Shown here piece after piece: positions 10,642 through 20,905 of a stretch of 64,000 nucleotides of DNA. Origin of the DNA: Campylobacterota bacterium. Its GTDB lineage: Bacteria; Campylobacterota; Campylobacteria; Campylobacterales; Arcobacteraceae. The stretch lies in assembly GCA_051746405.1 (NCBI GenBank), contig JBNJFB010000003.1:12950-76949 (forward strand), in the 5' to 3' direction. The position numbers and the translations under genes are program-made. The first letter of the stretch is position 1. Each line of letters opens with the position of its first letter. The notes beneath the pieces are model-generated. The model worked only from the letters and a program-made list of their open reading frames with translations. It did no database searches and was not told the origin of the DNA.

Positions 10642-10983
10642 ATGCATGAATACAGTATTGTTCAATCCTTATTAGAATCATGTGAAGAGCATGCTAAACA
10701 AAATGATGCAAGTGAAGTTACAAAAGTAGTAGTAAAAATTGGTGTTTTATCGGGGGTTGAGCCTGATTTACTACAAACTGCTTTTGATACATTTAAAGAA
10801 CAGACTATTTGCCATAATGCACAGTTTTTGATGAATATACAAAAAATAACTATTAAGTGTTTAGATTGTCAAAGGGAGTCTATTTTAGAAAAAAATGAGT
10901 TCTCATGTCCCTCATGTAGTAGTGTGAACATAAATGTAACTGATGGAGAGGATATGTTTTTAATGAGCTTAGAGATGAATTAA
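10642..10983 (+). CDS. hypA: Nickel metallochaperone HypA
   Basis: MHEYSI N-terminus and two CxxC motifs. Confidence 0.96.
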   Translation: MHEYSIVQSLLESCEEHAKQNDASEVTKVVVKIGVLSGVEPDLLQTAFDTFKEQTICHNAQFLMNIQKITIKCLDCQRESILEKNEFSCPSCSSVNINVTDGEDMFLMSLEMN

Positions 10984-11063
10984 TATTAATTTAATAATTT
11001 AAGTGATAACATGATTTAAGGCTGTTTGTTTAAAAGGCGATTTAATGTAAAAAAGAGTTCAAT

Positions 11064-12953
11064 ATGAAAAAAATAGCACTTAAAGATTTAATTTATAGAA
11101 ACTATCTAAAGACATCTTTAACCTCTTTGGTTTTAATAGAGATTTTTTTGATAGTTTTGTATTTCTCTGTTAATAATAATCTATCCAAGAAAAACATTGA
11201 TTTTATGATTAATGATATATCTACGGATATAAATAAATATCTTGACTTGAGATATGATAGTGTTTCAAAAGATTTTCAATCAATTGAGCAAAACCTAAAA
11301 ATAGTTAAAAGACACCATGAAGATTTTTTTAAAAACTACGATGATATACCAATAAAAAATGATATAAAGTTAGCAAAAGCAAAAAATCAAATTACGTATA
11401 AGCAAACAAAAAAGGGCTCTTCTGTAGCTGTATCAAATAGATTTGATTTAACAGAAGATATTAGAAAGAAGATATTAAAAACTGAAAAATTTGATTTACT
11501 TTATGAGTCTATTGTAAAAAACAATGACAATATTGTAGCTGCATATTTTAACTCATATGATAATATAAATAGGTATTATCCATATATAGACAATGTTTAT
11601 GATGTTTTTACTCCATCCTTTGATGTTAAAAAGTTTAATTTTTATAATAAAGCAAACTTACAAAATAACCCTTCAAAAAAAGTAGTATGGACTAGTGTTT
11701 ATTTGGACCCTGTTTCAAAAAAATGGATAGTAAGTGCCATTGCACCTATTTATAATGATGGCTTTTTAGAAGGTGTGGTAGGTTTGGATATGAAAGTAAA
11801 TAATATGATAAATCAATTTTTAAAAATAAATCTACCATATGAAGCTTCATCTTTTATTTTATGTGATAAAGGAAAAGTAGTAGCTATGCCAAATAGCTTG
11901 CGAAAGGTTTTTAAAATAAATGAGTTAGCTTCACAAAATGAACTAAAAAAAATAGATAAGACAGTTTATCCACCTGGTGAGTATGATATTTTTCATCAAA
12001 TAAATCAAAAGCAAGTAGATAAGTTTAAAAGAATACTAAAAGATGAACCATATTCAAATAGTTTATTAATTGATGACAAAGAGTATTTTGTTTTTTCTAA
12101 AAAATTAGAGAAAACACCATGGTATGTAGTATCTCTTGTACCTAAATATAAGCTATTTAAGAGTTTAAATGAGTTAAAAACACACTATGAAAACTTGGGT
12201 TATTTAGTTATTGGAACAATAACGATTTTTTATCTAATCTTTTTTGTATTTTTATATTATAAAGCAAAAGGTTTAGTTGATAGTATTAAAAAACCAATTT
12301 TTACTATTATAGATAAAACTAAGTTTATTGGCTCAAATAAAGATATTCAAAAGCTTGAAGAGAATAATATTTATGAATTAAATGAGCTTAATAAGAACTT
12401 CAATGAGATGGCACAAAAGTTAAATCAACGTACAAAGAAATTAGTTGATTCTGAAACAAAAAGGGTTTTAATTGAAAGGGACTCAAAGATAGATGCTTTA
12501 ACTAAAACATACAATAGGAAGTATTTAGATGAGTACTCAAAAGAGTATATTTATAGTATAAAAGAGAACAATTTTACAATGTCTTTACTATTAATAGACC
12601 TTGATGATTTTAAGCAAATAAATGATAAGTATGGTCATGATGCAGGTGATGAGGTTATAGTTAAGTTTATTGAATATACTAAAAGTGTTACAAGAGAAGA
12701 TGATGCTATTGTGAGATATGGTGGTGATGAGTTTTTGATTATTCTATCTAATACAATAATCAAAGATGCAAAAGTAGTTGCAAATAAAATCATAAATGCA
12801 ATAAATAAGAAAAATGATACTAAATATAAATTTAGTGTGAGTATTGGTTGTGCTCAAAGTAAAAGTGAAGATAAGAATCTACAAGATGTTATAAAACGAG
12901 CTGACAACTCTTTGTATGAAGCAAAAAAAAGAGGTAAGGCTCAAATTATATAA
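11064..12953 (+). CDS. Membrane sensor diguanylate cyclase (Cache-HAMP-GGDEF)
   Basis: Two TM helices, Cache-type WTSVYLDP..KWIVSAIAPIY, RYGGDEF active site, REDD I-site. Confidence 0.9.
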   Translation: MKKIALKDLIYRNYLKTSLTSLVLIEIFLIVLYFSVNNNLSKKNIDFMINDISTDINKYLDLRYDSVSKDFQSIEQNLKIVKRHHEDFFKNYDDIPIKNDIKLAKAKNQITYKQTKKGSSVAVSNRFDLTEDIRKKILKTEKFDLLYESIVKNNDNIVAAYFNSYDNINRYYPYIDNVYDVFTPSFDVKKFNFYNKANLQNNPSKKVVWTSVYLDPVSKKWIVSAIAPIYNDGFLEGVVGLDMKVNNMINQFLKINLPYEASSFILCDKGKVVAMPNSLRKVFKINELASQNELKKIDKTVYPPGEYDIFHQINQKQVDKFKRILKDEPYSNSLLIDDKEYFVFSKKLEKTPWYVVSLVPKYKLFKSLNELKTHYENLGYLVIGTITIFYLIFFVFLYYKAKGLVDSIKKPIFTIIDKTKFIGSNKDIQKLEENNIYELNELNKNFNEMAQKLNQRTKKLVDSETKRVLIERDSKIDALTKTYNRKYLDEYSKEYIYSIKENNFTMSLLLIDLDDFKQINDKYGHDAGDEVIVKFIEYTKSVTREDDAIVRYGGDEFLIILSNTIIKDAKVVANKIINAINKKNDTKYKFSVSIGCAQSKSEDKNLQDVIKRADNSLYEAKKRGKAQII

Positions 12954-13034
12954 CATACAGATATAGATTTATTTATCTTTTGTTAATTAAAAATGAATAA
13001 AATATGATTAAATAAATATTAGGGATTAATAAAA

Positions 13035-13451
13035 ATGCTATTAATGAGATTAGAATCAAAAGAGAAATTCTCTTTTTTACAACTTGCTCACTATATTGCA
13101 AGAATAGATAAAAGGTTTGGAGAAAAAGAAGAAGAGATTATAAAATAGTATGTTGATGAAATGGGAATAGAAAACTTGAACTCTTTTGATATGGAAAACT
13201 TTTCATTAGATGATATTTTAAATGATTTTAAGTCAAAAAAAAGTCAAAAAATTGTACTTTTAGAGATAATGATATTGGTTCATATTGATAATGATTTTGA
13301 TTTAAGTGAGCAAGAGTTAATAAAAAAGATGAGTGCTAAATTTGATATATCTTTGGATGATGCTAGTGACTTTTCCCAATGGGGTAAATCAGTAGCAATG
13401 TTGTATGAAGTAGCAAAAGCATTTATAAATGAAGAAAAAAAAGCAAAATAG
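13035..13451 (+). pseudogene. TerB-like protein interrupted by an in-frame TAG
   Basis: From the ATG at 13035: MLLMRLESKEKFSFLQLAHYIARIDKRFGEKEEEIIK*YVDEMGI, with TAG at 13146-13148 in frame with the 13161 ORF. Both halves carry TerB-like motifs (IARIDKRFGEKE, LVHIDNDFDLSE). Confidence 0.75.
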
Positions 13452-13496
13452 TCTAATTTAAACTATATTAGTAATTAAGTTTGATAAAATTCATTT

Positions 13497-13697
13497 ATGG
13501 AAATAATTGAAACATTAAATACTAAACTTGATAGACTACTTTATGAGTATGAAAAATTAAAAGTTGAAAACCAAACTTTACAAGAAGAGTTGGACAACAT
13601 GAAAAATGAAAATGATGAATTAATACGTAATAATCAAGATATGTTTCTTAGAATTGATAGTACATTAACATTAACAAAGGCACAAAAAGGTGAATAA
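13497..13697 (+). CDS. Small coiled-coil protein, ZapB-like
   Basis: 66-aa continuous heptad pattern; paired with the next small gene. Confidence 0.6.
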   Translation: MEIIETLNTKLDRLLYEYEKLKVENQTLQEELDNMKNENDELIRNNQDMFLRIDSTLTLTKAQKGE

Positions 13698-13899
13698 AGA
13701 GATTACATATTATATAAACTATAGAGCTTATACTATCAATGTGGATGAGGATATGGAAAAACAACTTACAAAATATTTAGATTTAGATAAGGATAATAAT
13801 ACAAAAGACTTACTCGCTGCTTATATAAGAGTTACCCAAGAGTACTTAAACTTTAAAAAAGATGTAGAAAACATATCAGATAAACTAGCTAGATTTTAA
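13690..13899 (+). CDS. Small protein, ZapA-like
   Basis: N-terminal beta pattern EITYYINYRAYTINV followed by helices; overlaps the ZapB-like gene. Confidence 0.5.
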   Translation: MNKEITYYINYRAYTINVDEDMEKQLTKYLDLDKDNNTKDLLAAYIRVTQEYLNFKKDVENISDKLARF

Positions 13900-14334
13900 A
13901 TGACAAAAGCCTTTTCTTTATTGGAATTAATTATTGCAGTTTTAATTATCTCTATAATAACTGCTTTTATAGCTTCAAAATATACAGACTTACTAAGTAA
14001 CGCAAATATCACTAAACTTAAAGCTGATGTGGCTTTAATTAGAAGTGGAATATCGACCTTAAAACAAGAAAAAATTTTACTTCAAGACAGTAGTGATATT
14101 ACTAGTTTAGATGATGAGTCTGTTCAATCAAAAAACAAAAAACTTTTTTCTAAAATACTTAGTAACCCTTTGTTATCAACTACCACTGCTTTAAAAGAAG
14201 ATGGAAAATGGTTTAAAGATAGTTCTTTTGACTATGGCTATTTTATTTCATCAAAGGAAGTTGTTTTTTTCAAGTATGAAAACTCAATGTTTAATTGCAA
14301 GAAACCAGTATCATTATGCCAGGAGCTTTTTTAA
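13900..14334 (+). CDS. Prepilin-type N-terminal cleavage/methylation protein
   Basis: MTKA/FSLLELIIAVLIISII type III signal with Glu at +5. Confidence 0.85.
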   Translation: MTKAFSLLELIIAVLIISIITAFIASKYTDLLSNANITKLKADVALIRSGISTLKQEKILLQDSSDITSLDDESVQSKNKKLFSKILSNPLLSTTTALKEDGKWFKDSSFDYGYFISSKEVVFFKYENSMFNCKKPVSLCQELF

Positions 14335-16182
14335 ATGAATTATTATCAGGTCGCACTTTTAAAATCTCCTTTAGAACCACTTACTTATCAAAGTGAAGAT
14401 ATAATTGATATTGGTACAAAAGTTTTAGTAAAGTTAAGAAATAGAAAAAACTTAAGTGATGCTGTTGTAATAAAAGAGGTTGAAAAGCCAACTTTTAAGT
14501 GTGTAGATATTTTTGAAATCACCAATAAGTATTTTAGTGAAAAGATGATGGAAGTAGCTAAGTTTATATCTCAATATTATGTATGTTCTATTGGTGAGTC
14601 TTTAAGTATTTATAATGCATACGATAAAAATATAAAAGCAAAAAATACAAATGAGAGATTTGATTTTGATGTATGTTTATCAAAAAAGCAGCAAGAGGCA
14701 TATGAGTTTTTAAAAGAGAAAAAACAGGGGCTACTTTTTGCAAATACAGGTTCAGGGAAAACCGAAATTTATATAAAAGCTATCCAAGAGCACTTAAATG
14801 AAAATAGACAAGCTGTTATGCTTATGCCAGAGATTTCATTAACTCCCCAAATGCAAAAGAGACTAGAAAAGGTTTTTGGTAACAAAGTTGCTATTTGGCA
14901 CTCAAAAATAACAAAAAAGAAGAAAAATGATATTTTACAACAACTTCAAGAAAATGAGATAAAACTAATAGCAGGTGCAAGGTCATCTCTGTTTTTACCA
15001 TATAAAGATTTGGGAATAATTGTAGTTGATGAAGAGCATGATGATTCATATAAAAGTGATTCTAAACCAAGGCTAAATACAAAAGATATAGCTATTTATA
15101 TTGCAAAAAAGTATGACTTACAGCTTATTTTAGGAAGTGCTACTGTATCAACTAGCTCTTTTAATAAGATTCCTTATTATAGACTTGAAGAGACTTTTTA
15201 TAAAACTAAAAAGAGTTATATTTTTGATAATAGTGATTCAAATTTATCACCAAATATTATAGAAAAAGTAGCAAATGCACTAAAGCAAAAAAGTCAAATT
15301 ATTGTTTTTTTACCCACTAGAGCAAATTTTAAATACCAAATTTGTACCTCTTGTGGTAAATCTGTGGAGTGTCCTTACTGCTCTGTTTCTATGAGTTTAC
15401 ATAAAAATGACTTGGCTTTAAAGTGTCACTATTGTGGTTATGCACAACAGATTCCCCAGGCATGTCCTTATTGTAATACGGGTATTATTCATAATTTAAG
15501 AGTTGGAACAGCCCAAATACAAGAGGAGTTAAAAGAGATTTTCCCTAATAAAAATATACAAAGGTTTGATAGGGATGAGATTAAAACCAATAAGCAATTA
15601 AAAAAAATACTAGGTGATTTCAATGATGATAAAATAGATATTTTAGTTGGTACTCAAATGCTATCAAAAGGTCATGACTATCATAATGTAAAACTTGCAG
15701 TTGTTTTAGGTATTGATTCAGTATTAAATATGAACTCATATAAATCAAGGGAAAAAGCTCTATCATTGCTTATTCAAATTTCAGGTAGAAGTGGTAGAAA
15801 AGGTGCTGGTGAGGTAATAATACAAACAAAAAATGAAGAGTTTTTTAATTACTATTTAAACGAGTCTAATTATAAAGAGTTTTTGCAAAGTGAATTAGAG
15901 TTTAGGCAAGATTTATATCCACCCTATGTAAAAATAGCAAAAGTTATTTTTGCAAGTAAAAATGGACTAAGAGCGAAAGATGAGATGGATATCTATGTGA
16001 AGTTTTTTAAGAAAATAGAAGATATTGAGGTAGTTGGTTTTGGACAAAATGCTATTTTTAAAATGGCTAATAAATATCGATATGAAATTATTTTACGCTC
16101 AAAAAAAATCAACTCTTTGCTGAAAGCTTTGCATAGTATAACCTCTAGTATTGCGGTTATTGATATGGACACTAACTTATAA
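14335..16182 (+). CDS. priA: Primosomal protein N'
   Basis: TGSGKTE, PEISLTPQ, DEEHD, four CxxC, GTQMLSKG, QISGRSGR. Confidence 0.97.
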   Translation: MNYYQVALLKSPLEPLTYQSEDIIDIGTKVLVKLRNRKNLSDAVVIKEVEKPTFKCVDIFEITNKYFSEKMMEVAKFISQYYVCSIGESLSIYNAYDKNIKAKNTNERFDFDVCLSKKQQEAYEFLKEKKQGLLFANTGSGKTEIYIKAIQEHLNENRQAVMLMPEISLTPQMQKRLEKVFGNKVAIWHSKITKKKKNDILQQLQENEIKLIAGARSSLFLPYKDLGIIVVDEEHDDSYKSDSKPRLNTKDIAIYIAKKYDLQLILGSATVSTSSFNKIPYYRLEETFYKTKKSYIFDNSDSNLSPNIIEKVANALKQKSQIIVFLPTRANFKYQICTSCGKSVECPYCSVSMSLHKNDLALKCHYCGYAQQIPQACPYCNTGIIHNLRVGTAQIQEELKEIFPNKNIQRFDRDEIKTNKQLKKILGDFNDDKIDILVGTQMLSKGHDYHNVKLAVVLGIDSVLNMNSYKSREKALSLLIQISGRSGRKGAGEVIIQTKNEEFFNYYLNESNYKEFLQSELEFRQDLYPPYVKIAKVIFASKNGLRAKDEMDIYVKFFKKIEDIEVVGFGQNAIFKMANKYRYEIILRSKKINSLLKALHSITSSIAVIDMDTNL

Positions 16183-16257
16183 ACTTAACTAAAGTATATT
16201 TAATCTTATATTAGTTAGTTTATTGTATAATCGGCAAAAATTTTAGGAGATATATTA

Positions 16258-17445
16258 ATGGCTTATACAAAAGAAGATTTCAAAAAATTAGTAGAAGATA
16301 TTCAATCACAAGATTGGTACAAAAATCCAATAGGATTTGGTATAGCAAAACTTGATAGAGGACAATTGAACCCTGAAAAAATACTTCAAGTAAACTATCC
16401 TTTTGTAAACTGGGAAGAGAACTATGGAAGTGCTGCAATTTTATTAGATGCACTAAAACATGCAGGTGAAGATGTGGATACATCAAAGTCAGAGTTAGTT
16501 TGTGATATCTCTGATGAGTTTTTAACTAAAGCAATTGAAAGCTTTAGACCATATATCCCAGAAGCAAAGGGTGAGGCTCATAAAAATGTTCAAGTTCTTT
16601 CAACATTAGCTTCATTACCTATTGATTCAGGGTTAAATGCTGATGATTATAAGGTGGTATTTATATTTGAAGAGGATGCACCACAAACTCCTGAGTCAGT
16701 ATATTTAAAACTATATGCTTTATCATTAGGAAAAGCACCACTTAGATCATTAAATTTAAATGGAGCATTTGGAAAATTAGAGAACAGTGCATGGGTTGGA
16801 AATCAACCAATTGAGTTAGACTGGCTAAGAGCAAATGAGATTTCATTAAAACTATCTGGTAAATATCCAAGTATTACAAAAGTAGATAAATTCCCACAAT
16901 TTTTAGACCATGTAATTCCAGCTGATAATACAAGAGTTTTAGATACAAATAAAGTAAGATTTGGTGCACAATTAGCAGCAGGTACAACAGTAATGCCAGG
17001 TGCTGCTTATATTAACTTCAATGCAGGTACTGAAGGTGCTGTAATGGTTGAGGGTAGAATCTCTTCAAGTGCAAAAGTAGGAGCTGGATCTGATGTTGGT
17101 GGTGGTGCTTCTATTCTTGGTGTATTATCAGGAACTGATGGTGTTCCTGTAACTATTGGAGAAAACACACTATTAGGTGCTAACTCTTGTACAGGTACTG
17201 CTATTGGTGATGGTTGTATTTTAGATGCAGGTGTTACAATCTTACCTGGAACTAAAGTTACACTATCTCAAAAAGCAGTTGAACAACTAAAAGAGATTAA
17301 TCCAGATAAAGAGATAAAAGAGCTTATGAGAGGTATGGACTTTTTAGACGTAAATGGAGTTCACTTTAGACAAAACTCTGTTACAGGACAAATTATCGCT
17401 ATGAGAAGTACAAGAGAAGTTAAGTTAAACGAAGACTTACACTAA
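16258..17445 (+). CDS. dapD: Tetrahydrodipicolinate N-succinyltransferase
   Basis: YLKLYALS, VDKFP, YINFNAGT, VEGRISS, hexapeptide repeats, C-terminal LNEDLH. Confidence 0.93.
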   Translation: MAYTKEDFKKLVEDIQSQDWYKNPIGFGIAKLDRGQLNPEKILQVNYPFVNWEENYGSAAILLDALKHAGEDVDTSKSELVCDISDEFLTKAIESFRPYIPEAKGEAHKNVQVLSTLASLPIDSGLNADDYKVVFIFEEDAPQTPESVYLKLYALSLGKAPLRSLNLNGAFGKLENSAWVGNQPIELDWLRANEISLKLSGKYPSITKVDKFPQFLDHVIPADNTRVLDTNKVRFGAQLAAGTTVMPGAAYINFNAGTEGAVMVEGRISSSAKVGAGSDVGGGASILGVLSGTDGVPVTIGENTLLGANSCTGTAIGDGCILDAGVTILPGTKVTLSQKAVEQLKEINPDKEIKELMRGMDFLDVNGVHFRQNSVTGQIIAMRSTREVKLNEDLH

Positions 17446-17480
17446 TCAATCCTGTTTTATTAAACTCAAAAATAGAAAAA

Positions 17481-17508
17481 AAAGGCAAGAATTCTAATTC
17501 TTGCTTTT
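17481..17508 (+). terminator. Terminator-like hairpin after dapD
   Basis: AAAGGCAAGAATT-CT-AATTCTTGCTTTT. Confidence 0.6.
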
Positions 17509-17538
17509 ATATATAATCTCACTTTAAAAGACTAATTT

Positions 17539-19368
17539 ATGATAGAACTTTCAAATATTTCAAAAAGCTTTGCAGATAAAGAGTTGTTTACAAACTTAAA
17601 CTTTAGATTAAACAAAGGTGAAAAAGTAGGCTTTGTAGGTAGAAATGGTAGTGGAAAATCTACTTTATTTAAGATGATATTAAATGAAGAGCATCAAGAT
17701 GATGGAGAGATAAATATCCCTAAAGGCTATAAAATTGGTGCATTAAAACAGCACTTGAATTTTACTGAAGATAGTGTAGTTCAAGAGGGGGCATTAGCTT
17801 TAAGCCAAGAGGATAAATATAGTATATATAAAGTAGAAAAGATACTCTTTGGGCTAGGGTTTTCACATGAGGATTTAGACAAACCACCTCAAAGTTTTTC
17901 AGGTGGTTATCAAATAAGAATTAATCTTGCTAAGCTTTTAGTAACAAAACCTGATTTATTACTTTTAGATGAGCCTACAAACTACTTAGATATTGTCTCT
18001 TTAAGATGGTTAAAAAGCTTTTTGAAATCTTTTGAAGGTGAGATTATTATAATCACTCACGATAGGGATTTTATGGATAGTGTAACAACTCATACAATGG
18101 GATTAGTTAGAAAAAATCTTGAAATAATTGCAGGGGATACAAAAAAATTCTATGCCCAACTTGAAGCAAATGATGAGCATTTTGAAAAACAAAAAGCAAC
18201 TCAAGAAAAAAAGAGAAAAGAGCTTGAAGAGTTTATAGCTAAAAATAAAGTAAGAGCTTCAACTGCTGCACAAGCTCAATCAAAACAAAAAGAGCTTGAT
18301 AAGATGGAAGATTTAGGTTCTTTAGAAAATGAAGCTACTTTGGATTTTGATTTTAACTATAAGCAAACTGCTTCAAAAGTTTTACTTGATGTAAAAGATG
18401 TTTCATTTGGTTATGATAAAAATAATCTGCTTTTTGAAGATATCTCTTTTTGTTTGAATAAGGGTGAAACTATAGGAATCATAGGTAAAAATGGTAAAGG
18501 TAAATCTACTCTTTTAAATACAATTGCAAAAGAGTTAAAACACTTAACAGGTAGCATTGATTTTCATACCTCTGCATCTTTAGGACACTTTGGTCAGACA
18601 AATATTGATCATTTAAATCTAAAAAATACAATAATGGATGAGATATACTTAGGAAACCCAAAACTGCCAGAGTCAAAAGTGAGAGCTATTGCTGGGTCTA
18701 TGATGTTTAGTGGAGATGACATAAAGAAAAAAATTTCACTTCTATCAGGAGGTGAAAAAAGTAGGGTAATGTTAGCTAAGATATTAGCAACTGATGTAAA
18801 CTTACTTTTCTTAGATGAGCCTACAAACCACCTTGATATGCAGTCAATTGATGCACTAAAAAAAGCTATTAAAAACTTTGAGGGTTCTTGTCTTATTGTT
18901 ACACACTCTGAAAGTTTGCTACGTGAGTTATGCGATAGTTTAATAATATTTTCAAAAGGAAGTGCAACATATTTTGATAGAGGATATGATGAGTTCTTAG
19001 AAAAAATTGGTTGGGAAGAGGAAGAAAAACAAAAGAAAAAGAAAACAACTCCTAAAGTAAATAAAAAAGAGAACAAAAAACTAAGAGCACAAATAATCCA
19101 AGAAAAAAGTAAGGAAATATCACCTTTAAAGAAAAAGTTAGAAAAACTAGAAAATGAAATCATGGATTTAGAAGAGGAAGTAAGTATTCAACAAGAAGAG
19201 CTTATAGAAGCTTCAAATGAGGGTGATAACAGTAAAGTAATAGAACTATCTCAAACAGTTACAAAAAATGAAAAGTTAATAGAAGACAAGTTTGAACAGC
19301 TTGAAATAAATCAAAATGAACTAGATGAAATAGAAGAACAGTATCAAAAAAGGTTAGATGAGTTATAA
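17539..19368 (+). CDS. ABC-F family ATPase
   Basis: Two ABC domains (GRNGSGKST, GKNGKGKST, LDEPTN twice), no TM helices, C-terminal coiled coil. Confidence 0.93.
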   Translation: MIELSNISKSFADKELFTNLNFRLNKGEKVGFVGRNGSGKSTLFKMILNEEHQDDGEINIPKGYKIGALKQHLNFTEDSVVQEGALALSQEDKYSIYKVEKILFGLGFSHEDLDKPPQSFSGGYQIRINLAKLLVTKPDLLLLDEPTNYLDIVSLRWLKSFLKSFEGEIIIITHDRDFMDSVTTHTMGLVRKNLEIIAGDTKKFYAQLEANDEHFEKQKATQEKKRKELEEFIAKNKVRASTAAQAQSKQKELDKMEDLGSLENEATLDFDFNYKQTASKVLLDVKDVSFGYDKNNLLFEDISFCLNKGETIGIIGKNGKGKSTLLNTIAKELKHLTGSIDFHTSASLGHFGQTNIDHLNLKNTIMDEIYLGNPKLPESKVRAIAGSMMFSGDDIKKKISLLSGGEKSRVMLAKILATDVNLLFLDEPTNHLDMQSIDALKKAIKNFEGSCLIVTHSESLLRELCDSLIIFSKGSATYFDRGYDEFLEKIGWEEEEKQKKKKTTPKVNKKENKKLRAQIIQEKSKEISPLKKKLEKLENEIMDLEEEVSIQQEELIEASNEGDNSKVIELSQTVTKNEKLIEDKFEQLEINQNELDEIEEQYQKRLDEL

Positions 19369-19406
19369 GATAGCTTATGATATTATAAAAAGAAACAGAG
19401 ATTATT

Positions 19407-20363
19407 ATGAAGATAGAAAAACTTTTTTCAAACCTTAGTTATCACAAAGATTTTATCTTTTATCTTTTTGAACACAGGGACAAAACTGTTTATCTTGATG
19501 AGTGTGAAAAGTTTATCTCTTTTGAAAAGCTAGCGATTTTAGAAAACTTTGAGATAATAGAAAAAATTGATGAAAAGATATTTTTAGATAATAGAGTTAT
19601 TAATTTTTTAGAAAACTATTTAAATATTGATGAAAATATTGAAGTTTCAGTTATCTTTGAAAAACTTGAAAATCTAAAACATAAAATTGATATAGTAATA
19701 GAGTATAAACAAAAACAAAACAGTATAATACCACAAATAAGAAGAGAGCTTAAAAAGTGTGACTTTATACTGACTCAAAATCTTTTTAAACTTCGTATTC
19801 ATATAGATAGGGTTTATAAAAATATCGATAAATTTTCATTAAAACTAAAGGAGCTAAAGTTTTATGAAAAAAAACTAAAAGAGCTTACAACTGCACTTAA
19901 AGAGTTTGATAAGTTTTTGCACCTTTATCACTCAAGGCTTAGTCTATTTTATAATAGTGAGTTAAATAATGTTTTAAAAACTATAAAAACTAATTTTATA
20001 CAAATAAATAAATCTCTTATTCCTCTTACTCAAGATGTATGTGAGTATATAAATAAAGCTATTAGTAAAAATATATTTATTGAAAAAATAACAAAGCTAA
20101 AAGAGTTAAAAGATAATCTAACCATAAAAGAGATTTTTGATTTTGTAAATATTAATAATCTTCATCTAGCATTTAAATTTTCAAATCAAAATCTAATAGA
20201 GTTTTTATTAAGTAATAATGAGTTAAAAACAAAAGATTTTGAACAACTAATGCAGATATATTGTAGAATGATACTTTTACATGAAAGTGAATATAAAATA
20301 GAAGATAAGAGCTTAGAGTATCAACAAACAATATTTAAAACTGTATATTACAAGGTAAAGTGA
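19407..20363 (+). CDS. jetA: Wadjet/Mks kleisin subunit JetA-like, possibly internally shortened
   Basis: Helical 318-aa protein (LDNRVINFLENYLNIDENI, IDRVYKN...KLKEL) directly upstream of an MksE-like gene. Call rests on recalled similarity plus operon position. Confidence 0.6.
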   Translation: MKIEKLFSNLSYHKDFIFYLFEHRDKTVYLDECEKFISFEKLAILENFEIIEKIDEKIFLDNRVINFLENYLNIDENIEVSVIFEKLENLKHKIDIVIEYKQKQNSIIPQIRRELKKCDFILTQNLFKLRIHIDRVYKNIDKFSLKLKELKFYEKKLKELTTALKEFDKFLHLYHSRLSLFYNSELNNVLKTIKTNFIQINKSLIPLTQDVCEYINKAISKNIFIEKITKLKELKDNLTIKEIFDFVNINNLHLAFKFSNQNLIEFLLSNNELKTKDFEQLMQIYCRMILLHESEYKIEDKSLEYQQTIFKTVYYKVK

Positions 20364-20896
20364 TGGATTTAAATAAACAACAAACAACTTTGATTTTTAA
20401 TCATCTAAAAGAGGGAAAGTTTTTATCTCAAAACTCTCCAAATAAAGAGCAAGCTAAACTTTATAGGTATGTGGAAAAATATTATGAAAAGTTAAAAGAG
20501 TTATATGAATATATGGGTATAAATCTAAAACTCAAAAATGGGTACTGTTACTTTTCTAGTATGGAAAATAAAGAGCAAAAACTATCAACTATATACGATA
20601 TGATAGATTATCTTAGCTTTTTTTATCACTATGATACTATGTTTGGAGTTGGAAGTCGTATGAGCATAAGTGATATAGAAAACAAAGTAAAAGATGATGT
20701 AACCTTAAAAATAAAACTTGATAGACTAAAGACTCTAAGTGGAGATACACTAAAAGATAATATCACTTCACTTTTAAATAAAATGGAAAAAAGAGGTTTT
20801 ATAGCTTTGGAAGATGAGTATTTACAATCTTATGTTGTACTTGATAGCTGTGATTATCTTGTGGAGTTTTTTGATAAAATTGAGATAAAGCAGTAA
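20363..20896 (+). CDS. jetB: Wadjet/Mks KITE subunit JetB/MksE-like
   Basis: IFNHLKEGKFLSQNS...LYEYMGINLKLKNGYCYFS and C-terminal LLNKMEKRGFI winged-helix pattern. TGATG overlap with the upstream gene; GTG at 20360 is an alternative start. Confidence 0.7.
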   Translation: MDLNKQQTTLIFNHLKEGKFLSQNSPNKEQAKLYRYVEKYYEKLKELYEYMGINLKLKNGYCYFSSMENKEQKLSTIYDMIDYLSFFYHYDTMFGVGSRMSISDIENKVKDDVTLKIKLDRLKTLSGDTLKDNITSLLNKMEKRGFIALEDEYLQSYVVLDSCDYLVEFFDKIEIKQ

Positions 20897-20905
20897 GGGG
20901 ATTTT

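Noticed and set aside
13146..13148. Pyrrolysine or programmed readthrough at the TAG
   Set aside because: No pyl genes or readthrough signal were seen; a point change is the simpler explanation.
18609..19163. 184-aa antisense ORF and the other short opposite-strand ORFs in the track
   Set aside because: They are Phe/Ser/Leu-rich shadows of well-supported genes on the other strand.
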